Shown here: piece after piece, positions 1-12,077 of the stretch
How the letters are laid out: every line of letters starts with the position of its first letter
How positions within the stretch are numbered: the stretch's first letter is position 1
Assembly (NCBI GenBank): GCA_024679065.1
Contig: JAGIQG010000022.1
Span: forward strand, 39,990,001 to 40,054,000
Length of the DNA: 64,000 bases
Origin: Sphyrna mokarran
Taxonomy: Eukaryota
Reading direction: 5' to 3'
Notes under the pieces: model-generated
What the model was told of the DNA's origin: nothing
Seen by the model: the letters and a program-made list of their open reading frames with translations, nothing else
Database searches by the model: none
Program-made: the position numbers and the translations under genes

Positions 1-802
1 GTTCAACTGGCTGAAGACGTATGTATTTTTTGGAAAAATTAATTCTATCCAATTTTAAGCCGCAAAGATATAATTTCTCAGCCATAGATTGGAAGTGATT
101 TATCCAGTCACCAGACTGATACCATCATTGTGCATGAATCCACTGACAGCTACCACTCATTGCTGTTGGTAACAAGGAGGACACCTCCAGATAAAATCAC
201 CCTTATCATTTTCTGAGTTTGTGCTGGTTGCCAGTCTAAAATGCTGCACGTGAACCACACCCAGTGTCATTTAATTTTTCAGTGATCATGGGTGGTGGAT
301 GAACTACCTCCCTCCTCAATCCCCCTGCTCTCCAGCCCCAGTGCCAACGTTGCAAATATCATAGGCTTGGAAAGTCAGTATTAATGTGGAGTGATATGAA
401 GGCACTGATGACAGATCACTGTTTATCTTTATCATACCATCAACGGTTCCATTCACAAACATCATTTCTCAATGCTGAAAGGCAATAACCCTGTAAAAAC
501 AGCAGACAGCAACTCTTTAGCAATGAATGTGAACACTACAGGATATTGATTGTAAAGAATAGAAAAAGTGGCTGCTTGAGATACAAGGCAGTAATTGAGT
601 CTCAGGTTTCTGATGACATTGAATATCACTCTCAAGGTTCATAATGGCATATGAGTTCTTCAAATCAATCCATATATCTAACAGCCAGCTATTTATTAGC
701 CTGTATATATATAAACTATCTTAACGTCTGTATCAGATTATTACCTTGTAATTATCTTTTCTTATGTATGCATATATAATACATAAATGGTAAAATCTTA
801 CG

Positions 803-1092
803 TGCAAAAGGAGGCCATTTGTCAAGTCTGCACCAACCACAATACCACTCAGGCCCTATCCCCATAACAGCATGTATTTAGCTAGTCCCCCTGATACGAA
901 GGGGCAATTTCACATGACCAATCAACCTAACCCACACATTTTTGGACTATGGGAGCAAACTGGAGCACCTGGAGGAAACCCAGGCAGACATGGATGAATG
1001 TATGCTGTCCACACAGACAGTGACCTAAGCTGGGAATTGAACCCAGGTCCCTGGCGCTCTGAGGCAGCAGTGCCAACTGTTACCGCGCTATC
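803..1092 (-). mobile_element. HE1-like V-SINE (tRNA-derived head, CR1-type tail)
   Basis: The reverse complement has a tRNA-like head (B-box gggttcaattccc), the V-domain gggtttcctccaggtgctccagtttgctccc and a CR1-like tail. Many similar copies occur in the window. Confidence 0.85.
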
Positions 1093-1109
1093 CATGAGCT
1101 GATCCATCT

Positions 1110-1780
1110 ACCAGCTGGAGAGCTGGTGGTAGCCCATTTCTGGGTCCCCTGAAGGGATTAAGTCCCAATTAGAAACCACTCCCCACCCCCGGCTATTGAT
1201 GAGATTCCTTGCTCCAACGGAAGCAATTTCCCACTGGATTATCTGGTGTGGAACACATATCCAGGCTCCAAGAGCTGCCAGCCAATCAAACTGGCACTTC
1301 AGTATTTCCAGGCTGAAGATCGCTGGAGGCCTAGAGTGAAGGCAGGCACAATGAGTGGAACAGGATTGGCAGGGCCATGAGGGTGATCCTGGTGAGGGGT
1401 AGTTGTTTTCAAGTACACTGCTGGCTTCCGGAGACAGGCTCAGTTTCCACCAGTGAATCTCTCCGTTGGACTCGGGATACCAAAGAAGGAGGACCCAAGC
1501 TTCTAGCAGACTATAATCATACCTGTCAGGATTTACTTGACAGATTACCCACATGTGGCCTTTGCCAATGTTGGATGAATACCCTATTTTGAAGCAAGCA
1601 CTTAAGAGAGGTTGAATACCAGCCATGGTGGGATGAGGCCTTTTGACTGGCCATTTAAGGGCCCAAGAAGAAAGGTAATAGATCTCCATCCCACATTTCC
1701 CTTCCCCATTACATTCCACCCGCCCTGCCCTGCCCTGTCCCCCATACCTCTCAAAACACATTAGGGGCAGCATTTATTTC
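1110..1780. repeat. Probable non-autonomous DNA-transposon relic (Harbinger-associated type)
   Basis: GC-rich block sharing motifs (gccaatca, ccatttaagggccc, tttccaggctgaagat) with the block at 45470-45985. The 221-aa ORF has no recognisable domain. Confidence 0.35.
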
Positions 1781-2224
1781 TGCCACAATGCTCTCTGGTT
1801 GGGATTTGTTCTTCCAAACATTCCTTGATTATTTTAAAGATCCGGTGATGGATCAGAGCCTCACTTATTGGGGTTGCAGATTGGACAATAGACTCAAATC
1901 ACAGTATGGGACTGGAAACTTGGCACTTAATCAAGTATACTGACCTCTGCACCAAATCCCTAATCCATATTGCCTTTGAAAAAGGCTCCACAGCAACATT
2001 GCGTAATCTACCTGTTATAATCAATAGATCTCCAATGAGCGTTTAGAATACAAGCTTCCCTATTAAATGAGTGGAGACTTGCCCAATTGGAAATAGCAGC
2101 AGGAGTTTAATCAGTTGTTTGTATTTAGGCCGGCAGTCAAAGGACTTTAGGGATAACCTGTATAATGTAGCCACAGGGATAACCTGTGTACTGTAGCCAC
2201 AGGTACAGTGCTTTGTTCGTTACA

Positions 2225-3420
2225 ACGAAGAAAGTAGATGAGGGCAGTGCACTCGATATTGTCTACGTGGACTTTAGCAAGGCTTTTCACAATGTACCAC
2301 ATGGTAGGTTGTTGGATAAGTTTAAATCTCACAGGATCCAGGTGAAGTAGCCAATTGGATACAAAATTGGCTTGGTGACAGAAGACAGAGGATGGTTGTA
2401 GAGAGTTGTTTTTCAAATTGGAGGCCTGTGACCAACGGTGTGCCCCAAGGATCAGTGCTGGCTCCCCTGTTATTTGTTATTTAAATTAATGGTTTGAATG
2501 AGAACTTAGGAAGCATAATTGGTAAATTTGCAATTTACACCCGAATTGGTGCCATTGTGGACAGTGAAGTAGGTTATAGAAAATTGCAACAAGACCTTGA
2601 TCAATTGAGCTACTGGACTGATGAATGGCAGATGGAGTTTAATTTAGAAAAATGCATTTTGGTAGATTGAATTAGGGCAGGATCTCCTCAGTTAATGGTA
2701 GGGCATGACGAAATGTTATAGAACAAAGAGATCTAGGAGTACAGGTTCATAGCTCCTTGAAAGTGAAGTCACAGGTGGGCAGGGTGGTGAAGAAGGCAGT
2801 CGGCATGCTTGGTTTCATTTGTCAGAATATTGAGTACAGGCGTTGGGAAGTTGTACAAGATATTAATGAGGACACACTTGGAATACTATTTACAGTTCTG
2901 GTTATCCTATTATAGCAAGGATATTATTGAACTAGAAAGAGTGCAGAAAAGATTTATTAGGATGCTACCAGGACTTGGTGGTTTGAGTTATAAGGGCAGG
3001 TGGATAACTGGGACTTCTTTCTCAGGACCATAGAAGGTTTAGGGGTGATATTATAGAGGTCCATAAAAGAATGAAGGGCATAGATAAGATAGATATTCAA
3101 CAACTTTTCCCAAAGCTAGGGGAGGCTAAAACTAGGATAAGGGCATAGGTCTAAGATGAGAGGGGAGAGATGCAAAAGGGTCCAGAGGAGTAATTTTTTC
3201 CCTCAAAAGGTGGTGAGTGTCTAGAATGATCTGCCAGAGGCAGTAGTAGAGGCGAGTATAATTTTAATTTAGATAGTTACATGGGTAAGATAGGTGTAGA
3301 GGGATATGGGTCAAATGTGGGCAATTGGAATGAGCTTAGTTGTTTAAAAAAAAGGATGGCATAGACAAGTTGGGCTGAAGGGTCCTGTTTCCATGCTGTA
3401 AACCTCGATGACTCCATGTA
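2225..3420 (+). mobile_element. 5'-truncated, decayed CR1 LINE (RT to 3' tail)
   Basis: Broken frames give VYVDFSKAF, GVPQGSVLAPLLFVI, HLEYYLQFW and LERVQKRFIRMLPGL, followed by the CR1 3' tail gggctgaagggtcctgtttccatgctgta. Confidence 0.9.
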
Positions 3421-3759
3421 AATATAGGATGTCAGTGAAGGAAGACTGGCCTCGGCAAGATTATTACATTGGCGCCAAGAAGTAAAATGAGTTATTTTCT
3501 TCCCTTTGGACAATCTCCTTTATCAGTTGGAAGAAAAATATCTCTTTTGGGTAAACCTGAAGCCTCTAATGGAAGCACAGAAGACTGGCTCAATGTGCAG
3601 AGCACGTGCCTTATTTTTTCCAAGCAAATAGCATTAAGGAGAACAAGAAGCAGAAAGTAGTCCAGCCTTGAATGGATTTTATAACTAGGAATATTTTTAC
3701 TATCAAGTGTGTATTATTGATGACACCAAAATAAATGGGATGCTGCTTGTGATTCAATC

Positions 3760-4550
3760 TCTTGCCATTTAAGGAGATGTTGACTTCCCTCTTAGCACTG
3801 GCATGGTGGAGATCGAATATACTTGAGGCTCGTTTGTTGCTGAAGGTGCTATGATTTGCAATATTTGGTCAGCTTTGCAAAATTATTTAGTGTTACCTCT
3901 AGTTTGGGAAATAACTGAACCTGAGAGGTACAGCAGATATCATCAGCGTTGATGATGATTTGGAGGTAGGGTTGGAAGCAGATGATTAACATCAAGATTG
4001 AAAGGGGTTAGGACTACAACAGATCCCTGGGGAAACCTAATAGATTTCTTCCAGGCACTTATCTCGTCACCCATGGGTCCCCTGAACTGTCTGTCTCAGA
4101 GTAATAAGTCAATGGTGTAAGTAATCCACAGAGGGATATTTGGACAAGGAGACCAATGGGTCAGACTATGTTTTATGCTGCAGTGAGAACGAGAAAGATA
4201 CACCTGTTTTGAGATTATTTTCAAAGCAATTTTCAATGGAAGCAGTTAAGGCAAGGACGCATGTGCTTTGTCATTGCCGCAAGCCTTTCAAAGTTTTCTC
4301 CAACTCTGGCTCCATTCACACTGTACGAGACCTTGCAGTGCACAGGGAGCAGATGTGTCGATAGCTTGAAGGTAAGTTTAGGTCTTTGCCTGGTTTTGGC
4401 AGGGCGATGACTTTGGATATGTGCCAAGGTTTAGGCTGCCTTCCTTCACAGATTACCCTTATGAAGTATTGAGCCAATTAGCAGTGGGAATGCAGTCCCA
4501 GGTGTTTGAGGAATTTAGCAGAATGCTGTCATAGCCAGCAACAGTTCTGG
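3760..4550 (-). mobile_element. Highly decayed non-LTR retrotransposon RT fragment, clade uncertain
   Basis: The minus strand has GFPQGS (4021-4037) and an ADD-like motif near 3937-3950. Confidence 0.45.
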
Positions 4551-4569
4551 ACTTGATTTTTTTTCAGAG

Positions 4570-4830
4570 CACTTTGTGAAGGAGGAATTTCTTCAGCTGG
4601 AGAGTGGTAAATCTGTGAATTCTTTGTCACAGAAGGCAGTGGAAGCCAGGTCATCGAATGTCTTTAAGACAGAGATAGATAGTTTTTGATTAATAAGGGG
4701 ATCAGGGGTTATGGGGAAAAGACAGGAAAGTGGGGATGGGAAAAATATCAGCCATGATTGAATGGCAGAGCAGACCCAATGGGCTGAGTGGTCTAATTCT
4801 ACTTCTATGTCTTAAGGGATTATGGTCTTT
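4570..4830 (+). mobile_element. CR1 LINE 3' end
   Basis: RRNFF...RVVNL-type sequence followed by the CR1 tail (gggctgagtggtctaattctacttctatgtctta). Confidence 0.8.
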
Positions 4831-4924
4831 GTCCAACTCTACTGCAGTGAAGGGCTCAAGGCATGACCTGAAAGTGTAATGGCTTCAAGAAACTCTCCAC
4901 TCAGTCTTTATTTGTCTTTTCTCT

Positions 4925-5245
4925 TTTTAAAATTCATTTTACGGGATGTGAGGGTTCCTAGCTGGGCCCAGCACTTATTGCTCGTCCCTAACTGCCCTCC
5001 ATTTCAGAGGGCATTTGAGAGTCAGAGACATTGCTGTGGCTCTGGAGTCACATAAAGGCCAGACTGGGTAACGACATTAGTGAACCAGATGGGTTTTTCT
5101 GACAATCCACAACGTTTTCATGGTAATCATTAGACTTTTAATTCCAAATTTTTATTCAATTCAAATTTCACCAGCTGTTGAACCTGGGTCCCCAGAACAT
5201 TACCCATAGTCTCTGGGTTACTAGTCCAGTGACAATATCATACTC
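4925..5245 (-). mobile_element. tRNA-derived SINE of a second family
   Basis: Minus-strand head (gtcactggactagtaacccagagact...ggttc). Closely similar copy at 53400-53700 and a partial copy near 59500-59600. Confidence 0.7.
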
Positions 5246-5279
5246 CTAATAGCAATATGCCATTGCCTTTCCTTTCTCC

Positions 5280-6283
5280 AGGGGCACCAGCAGATATGAT
5301 TTTAAGGACATACATGGAACAGATAATGCCATCAAAAGGTTACAATATGGTTGATGCAGAATTGAATGTACAAACAACGGAATTACTTCTCCATGTGATC
5401 TGTGGTAATTTTCCAGCTCTATTTGGAAGATCATAGTTGGAGAAGATAAAGCTGAACTGGAGTGTTGTCAACAGATTGGTCGAAGCCAAAACAGACATAC
5501 AGCACCTTCTGGATGAATGCAGTAATGTATTCGAAGAGACACTTGGCTCAATGAAGTGAGTTCAAGATAAAGCCTAATAGTAAATCAAACAATCTCAAAG
5601 CAAGACCAGTACCATATGCGATCAAACCCAATGTTGAAGAGGAATCAGTACGACTGGTTAACAGTGGTATGTTAGAGCCAGTTACAATGAGTGAATGATA
5701 CCTGTCACGAAATCAGATGGTTCAGTTTGTATTTGTGTTGATTTTGAACAACCCTAAATCCAGTATTATGTGCTGATCAATATCCACTTCCTTTAATTGA
5801 AGATTTGTTTGCTGGGTGGCAGAAATTCAGCAAGATTTATCTTTGACAGGTCCAATTTCTTACACAGTTTAAATTGAAGATGAACTAATTTGGTGACACC
5901 AGGCTGGCTGATTGTTATCATCTCAAAATGATTTCTTCCAATCATCTTCAGCAGTACGAACATTTTTAGGCCCTAGTATTGTGAATACTACCACAGAAGA
6001 CTTAGTTGAATCTGATGATGATGTCTATGCAACTATACCAAATAAGAATAATGCGGAATTTGGTTCAAGAGAAGAGTGTCTGCTAATGTTCTAAATCATA
6101 CTTCTAGAGTCGAGAACAACCATGTTATATACAACCAAGGAGGAATAGATATCTTCCTGATCAGCTTTGTACTAACTGTGTATAATGATTAATGATGCAC
6201 AGTACAATGCCTAGAGTATTATTGTCCCTGTGTATAACATTGTAGTAATTTGTTATCATGACCACAGAAGTAAGGTGGAGGGA
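5280..6283 (+). mobile_element. Internally deleted Ty3/Gypsy LTR retrotransposon (protease/RT fragment plus PPT)
   Basis: Frames read ILRTY...GNFPALFGRS*LEKIKLNW, KARPVPYAIKPNVEEE and NPVLCADQYPLPLIEDLFA...KFSKI. A polypurine tract (agaagtaaggtggaggga, 6266-6283) directly precedes TGTTGTA. Confidence 0.8.
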
Positions 6284-6447
6284 TGTTGTATATTTAAATG
6301 GTTACATGATTGCTTTAAGAACTGATCACATGATTTGATGATGCTATCATTAGGGTGTTGCACTGTTTTAGTTTCAGTTTGTTCTCAGCCAAGAGCTGCT
6401 GGAATATGTCCGCTCTTGTTAGTTTGAATTTATTTGTGTGAACCACA
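6284..6447 (+). repeat. 3' LTR of the Gypsy element, probably resuming at ~9483-9559 after a nested insertion
   Basis: Starts with TG right after the PPT. A candidate end (attaaa...acattaCA) lies at 9559, beyond the Harbinger element. Confidence 0.5.
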
Positions 6448-8624
6448 GGGGCAATTCTCCCAAAATAATTATAAGCGTTGAATTTGCGTGAAAACTAAAT
6501 TATCACCCTGTAAATCACCCTGTTTTTTTAGCAGGAGTTTTGAAATGAATCTTCCACATTCTGTGTACTGCAGAGGTCAGTAATGTGAATCATATTAAGA
6601 ATCTGGGGGCGGAGTCTATTCTCTCTGAAGACCCTGAAATCAGTGTGCTGAGTGGAGCCTGGACATGTGCACATCTCTAGGAGATCACCAAACAAGTCCT
6701 CCCAGCATAGACATTGCGGACCCCAATGGACATTACAGGCCTCATCATTATCCTCTCACTCCACTTCCACAAACGTTTCTGCCATATTGTTGGTCTCTCA
6801 CCCCCACCCCCCGCTCAATGAACATTTCTGCCCATTGGCTGACCTCTAACCCACACTTATCCCCTCCAAGAAAATTGCTGGCCTCTCAGCTCCTCATCCC
6901 CCATTGGAAATCACTGGCCTCCTAGCCTCCCCATTCCTCACTGACCTGGACATCAGTGGCCTCTCCATTCCAAACCATCCTCCCTTCACACACGAAGTAC
7001 TGGCCTCATTGCTGTCTTTCACACACAGAGCGCTGTATTGCCATGCACATCCCCTGCTGTGACTTTTCCACTCAAGTGAGAACCTTGAGCATTGCACCCT
7101 TCCCCACCTGACCATAGTACTTTGTTAAGTTCACCCAATCGGCAGCTTTGGAGATGGCTCAGCCTCTATTGAAACCAGGTTTTCCTAAACATTATTCACA
7201 TGCAGTTTAACTAACAAGTTCATGACTGGCCCAAACTGACTGCCTGGAGTCCCTTAACAAGCCAGAAATGTATGTAAGCTGCAATGATGGATGCACAGGC
7301 AGTCACACCAGGAAATGGCCCTGAAGAAAACAGCTCCAAGATTTTTGGAATCATGGATAGTCCCTGGGTGCCGTGCACAGACCTGCAGGATGATCACCTG
7401 GTGGTCACATACGATTTGTACATTGAGGGAGTGGAATCCCTTCCTGTTGATGAATGGTTTCTCTTCACCTTGTGGGGACTACAGGGCTATGTGTGTCCTA
7501 TCCATTGCCCCCTGCATATGGGGCATCCCAGCATTGGCAGTAAAGTTTGCAGCCCTGGCCCCCTGCTGACCTTGCCCGACATCAAAGTGGATGTATTGGC
7601 CTGACGGGTATATATAATATTGTCACCTGACTAATAAATCTGTGAACAGAGGCCTGAGAGATTCCACAAAGGTCACCACAGAGTGCCTGAAACAATCTTG
7701 TTGCATATAAGTGCAGCTGTCACCTTAATTTCTACTGACAGTGGGTGCCCCGCCCCCCCCCCCCCTGCCCTTGGGTGCCAGGTGTGTGAGCACCCCGCAT
7801 ATGTTCTGGACTGTGTCCTTGGATAGGCAGAGCAGGTGATGGCACATAATGTCCGACAGGCCCTCAAATGAATGCCTGGTGTGGTACCACCTTTGCCTTC
7901 CCATCCTCCTCCTGGCCACTCTTTCGAGAGACTCCTCCCATCTCCTGGCCAACAGCAGTAGTCCCCTCCCGTCATTTCTGAGGATCTGCCATGAGTTGCT
8001 GCTGCGATGGTCTCCCATACCCTCCACCTCCTGAGCCACCTGATCCACCTCCTCAGCCACCATTATAATGGCCAACTTTAATTCAGTCAGTTCCAAACCC
8101 ATTCTGCACAGTGCAAGTTAGAAGGAGAGAAGTTAATAGATTCGTGTCATTGCTTGCATCCACCCTAATTCCACCCCCCCCCCCCACTCTCTCATTAAGC
8201 CTCTAATCCCTCATTGGGTCCAGTACCCTCTCTTATGGATGCTGGCAATACAATCTGTGGTGCCATGTGTCACTTGATTAGGTTGCCTGCCATTGGCATC
8301 GTAAACGCAGCAGGCAAGGAGAGTATGCAGGTTGGTGTGTGGGCATGACCATTCTGCTCCCTTGAGCCATTGCCATGAGTGCAATGATAGCATTCCTTTC
8401 CAGGGCAGGGACAGACTTCTTTTATTACAGGATGGGTTCCTATTCACTGCAAACTACATGCAGTAGGAGTGTCAATGTTAACCTGAGCACCTCTGCTCAC
8501 AGTACCAGCTGCTTAAACTGATTAGCCTTCAAGCAGCACATGGTGCACTTCCCCTTGCCATCCCACCACCCCCCTCCACTGAAAGCCCAGTACTCAGTCT
8601 AGTCCCTCATCACACCCCACAGCC

Positions 8625-9110
8625 TGAACAATGGGACATCCCAGTGGCTGCAGACAGCAGTCTGCCCAGCACTCCGTAAAGGAGCCCACCCCAATAGAAC
8701 ATCCCAGTAGTTGCAGGCGGCAGCCTGTCCAGCAGTTGTAAAGGAGCCCACCTCAATGGAACAGCCCAGTGCTGCAGGTGGCATTCTGACCAGCACTCAG
8801 TAAAGGAGCCCACCTTAATGGAACATCCCAGCGGTTGCAGGAGCAACCTCAATAAGAAGTCTCACAACACCAGGTTAAAGTTCAACAGGTTTATTTGGTA
8901 GCAAAAGACCTGTTGGACTTTAACCTGGTATTGTGAGGCTCCTTACTGTGTTTACTCCAGTGCAACGCTGGCGTCTCCACATCACAGCAGCCTAACCAGC
9001 AGTCAGTAAAGGAGCCCACCCCAATGGAACAGCCCAGTAACTGCAGACAGCAAAGGAGCCCACCCCAGCCCAGGGACAATCTATGAAACATCCCTAGGCC
9101 TGGGGACAAC
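8625..9110. repeat. ~61-bp minisatellite inside the Harbinger element
   Basis: Unit resembling aaggagcccaccccaatggaacatcccagtggctgcagacagcagtctgcccagcactcagta, repeated about 6 times with divergence. Related units lie at 47875-47985. Confidence 0.85.
8852..8984 (+). mobile_element. Penelope terminal-sequence fold-back insertion
   Basis: 8853-8890 is the near reverse complement of 8908-8945. The sequence resembles the Penelope termini at 25242-25335 and 30392-30451. Confidence 0.8.
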
Positions 9111-10459
9111 AATTCCAGTTCTCCAGGGACTTCCTAACAGCAAGGAGAAATTTTTCAGCCTCTGCTGCCAACCTCCCCTGCACTCTGGAGGCTGCAGCTC
9201 CATTAAACTTATCTTCTTACTCCTGTTAAACACTGCCACGCCAGGTCCCAACTTTTATACAGCAATTGTAATTCCCGCCAGCGTGATGTTATGCCAAAGT
9301 GGGGGATGGAGGAAGATGCTAGCAAGGGCAAAGATTCTAGTCATGGACTTCTTAATTAGCTGTTAAGGTGTGTAAGCGCATGCTAATGTCTGTTATGCTG
9401 ATTTTCAGCATGGATCTGTCAATGCCAAAAAACTTAGGTTGGAAGATGCGCTCATGGCGTAGTGGGATGGGAGAATCCCTCCTCCTCACCACCACTTCAC
9501 CGCTGTGTCTTTTCATTTTTGTGTAAAATTAAAATGTCAAACGTAGTTAAGACATTACATTAGTAGTATATTTTACAATGTAGAAGAGATTTCCATTTTA
9601 ATTTCTGGACTGGATTTGAAAGGATCCAGAAATGAAAGTTCGGTGTTTAAATCTAAACAATTGCATATTCTTGTTATGGTCTGTATTTCAGAAACATTGG
9701 TCTTGAAACTATTTTTCTTTATCTCTCTTAACTCAAAGTGTAGGCTTGCAGGCTTACCTTCAATTTTGACATAAACATGAATTATGTCAACTTTAAAAGA
9801 AACTTAATTAGAACTTAATAGTACAAAAGAACTGTGCTTTTTTAAAGTAATTTTAATTAGATCTCAAATACTTCGTAGATTAAATTTTGTGAAGAATTTT
9901 TTAAATGAATTAATACTATTTAAAATTTTAAACTTTAAAATTCCTCATTTCTAGCCTGATGGATTTTACTTTTTTCCCCATAAACAATACATTCTGTCAC
10001 CCAATACCTGAGTTCTTTAACCTTGCAGAGTGAGCTCGTATAGCCATCTGGATAACAGATGTCTTCCCAATCATAATTGATGCTTTGCCAGATGTGATGT
10101 AGTGGAGTTATACTCCTGCAGGGTCTCTCAGCTTCTCCTCCTGATTGGGATAAATGACCTGCTGTTTTCACAGGACACCATCTAATGACTCACCCAATTA
10201 CTTGAAAACTTGACCATTGAAGAGTTCTGGATTCAAAAGTCAATTGAAGCAGATGCCCCTGAAAACAGAGGTTAGAGTTGTCAAGTTAAAAGAAAGGCTT
10301 TATGGTAACCTCCTTTTTCAGACCCACATTTGCTGAAGCTACTTCTGGTTGTACAAGGTTGTCCCTAAACAAAGAGCCAGGGTGGCAATCTTGTCCAGTA
10401 GAATACCACCTAAAAGAAGACAATCATTCTCATATCAAACCTAAGATCTTTGGTAATAG

Positions 10460-10975
10460 AGTCAGAGACTCATAGAAATTTATAATATGGAAACAGGTCC
10501 TTTGGCCCAAATTGTCCTTGCCTCTTTTTAAACCAGTAAGCTAGTCCCAATTGCCCGCGTTTGCCCCATATCTCTCCAAACCCATTTTATGCATGTAACT
10601 GTCTAAATGCTTTTTAAAAGACAAAATTGAAACTACCTCTACTACTACCTCTGGCAGCATGTTCCGGTTATTCATCACCCTACGTATGAAAAAATTGTCC
10701 TTCTAGACGCTTTCGTATCTCTCCCCTTAAACATATGCCCTCTAGTTTTAGACTCCCCTATCTTTGGGAAGAGATGTTGGCTATCTAGCCGATCTATGTC
10801 TCTCATTATTTTATAGACCCCTTCAAGATCATTCCTAAGCCTCCTACGCTCCAGAGAAAAGAGTCCCAATCTATCCAGCCTCTTTTTATAACTCAATCCA
10901 TCAAGTCTTGGTAGCATCCTAATGAATCTTTTCTGCGCTCTTTCTAGTTTAATAATATCCTTATTAGTTAGGGAG
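10460..10975 (-). mobile_element. CR1 LINE 3' fragment
   Basis: ORF 10675-11160 contains KDIIKLERAQKRFIRMLP...LGLFSLERRRLRNDL...KTRGH, and the CR1 tail follows. Confidence 0.9.
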
Positions 10976-11510
10976 ATAGTAACAGAGAATAAGAATGGAG
11001 GGAGCCTCCTCCGTTTGATGGGATGTGACAGTATTAGGCAGGGATTGTTACTAGTCCTGTGAAATAAGTCCAAAAGAAAGTTTGGTGTGTTTTGTCCTTC
11101 AAAGTTTATGTTTGTTGCTATAAGAAATTTGCTCCTGCCACACATGATGCAAATATACAACTTCCAGCCTAAAAGTCTTTGACTTCTAGATAGTTCCTCC
11201 CTTCATCATGGTAAGATTCAGAACTGAAACTCAGTGATCCAGTTGTGGTCTCCAAATTGTGGTACCCTGGAAGATGTACTGCAAGACTTTTTGGAAGTCT
11301 TGCAAAGGAATTGCCGGGGAAGTTTCAACCTCCATTGACAATTACCCAGCACCTTGAACAACCCAAAACTCTGATTTAAATCACAGAGTTTGGATGGTTC
11401 TGACTTTTGTCAGACTAGTTAAGGATTAAAACCAATTCTAATTTACTGGGCATTGGAGGGCAGTATTGGAGATTGTGTCTTTTATATTTTAATTTATATG
11501 TCTGTTCATA

Positions 11511-12057
11511 TGTTATTTAATTTCAGCATAATACATGCAAGGCTACATAGAGCAAGCCCAGAGGGCCCGACCTCATCAGTGGGAAGGAAAGGGTTAATGC
11601 AGGTAGTTAGAGGCTTGAATTATCACGACAATGGGAGAACCAGCATTAAGACAGCCAGCTCCATATAGTCCAGGAAAGGTATAGTCTTTCATAAAACATG
11701 ATCATTAGCGGAGGGAGATAGCAATCAACACAAATTGTAAACACAGTGCAAACTGATTGGGCAAATACAACACTTTGACATTATAATCAGGTAAATGGAA
11801 CTACCAAGAAACTGATTAACAAAGTTGTACTGAACAATGCAGTCTGCGTAATGAGATTAAAAGAGCCATTTTGTATCCAACTCAAGGAACTAGTATGCTA
11901 ATATAAACCTTTGTGACTTGAAAAAGTATATTAACACATACCAAATCTACCAGGGACAGGGAGGACTCGCAAGCAACTTAAGGTTCAGGTTCGAGTTCAA
12001 CATTCATGCATGTTTGACATGGTCTCCAAGCTCGACTTGTTTCGTTTCCTTCCTACA
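11511..12057 (+). repeat. Putative 5' LTR of the endogenous retrovirus (start uncertain)
   Basis: Ends in ...cctaCA immediately before a TGG-initiated PBS-like sequence and retroviral gag/pol relics. No second LTR is present to confirm it. Confidence 0.5.
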
Positions 12058-12059
12058 AT

Positions 12060-12077
12060 TGGCACTGCGAGTCGGGT
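12060..12077 (+). promoter_or_regulatory. Putative primer-binding site, tRNA-Ser-like
   Basis: TGGCACTGCGAGTCGGGT starts 2 nt after the LTR-terminal CA. It resembles, imperfectly, the complement of vertebrate tRNA-Ser 3' ends as I recall them (TGGCGCTGTGAGCAGG). Confidence 0.5.

Larger units (their letters stand above)
6448..9482 (-). mobile_element. Decayed PIF/Harbinger DNA transposon with HARBI1-like DDE transposase relic
   Basis: The minus strand at ~7290-7720 encodes [18 protein letters not shown]. Imperfect terminal inverted motifs gggcaattctccc (~6449) and gggagaatccctc (~9469). Confidence 0.8.

Noticed and set aside
803-1092. tRNA genes suggested by A/B-box motifs here and in similar copies
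   Set aside because: These are SINE heads followed by V-domain bodies, with no complete cloverleaf.
1108-1773. 221-aa ORF as a host gene
   Set aside because: No recognisable domain, and it lies in repeat-like sequence with motifs shared elsewhere in the window.
2148-2166. I-SceI-like site (TAGGGATAAC...)
   Set aside because: Only the first 10 of 18 bases match contiguously and there is no vector context, so probably chance.
7284-8102. Domesticated host HARBI1 gene
   Set aside because: Multiple frameshifts and three decayed copies in the window indicate transposon relics.
8625-9110. CRISPR-like periodic array
   Set aside because: Whole units repeat with no unique spacers, there are no cas genes and the context is eukaryotic. 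It is a minisatellite.
11280-11304. 10-bp-stem hairpin tgcaagactt-tttgg-aagtcttgca as a terminator
   Set aside because: Short palindrome in a eukaryotic context with no supporting structure.
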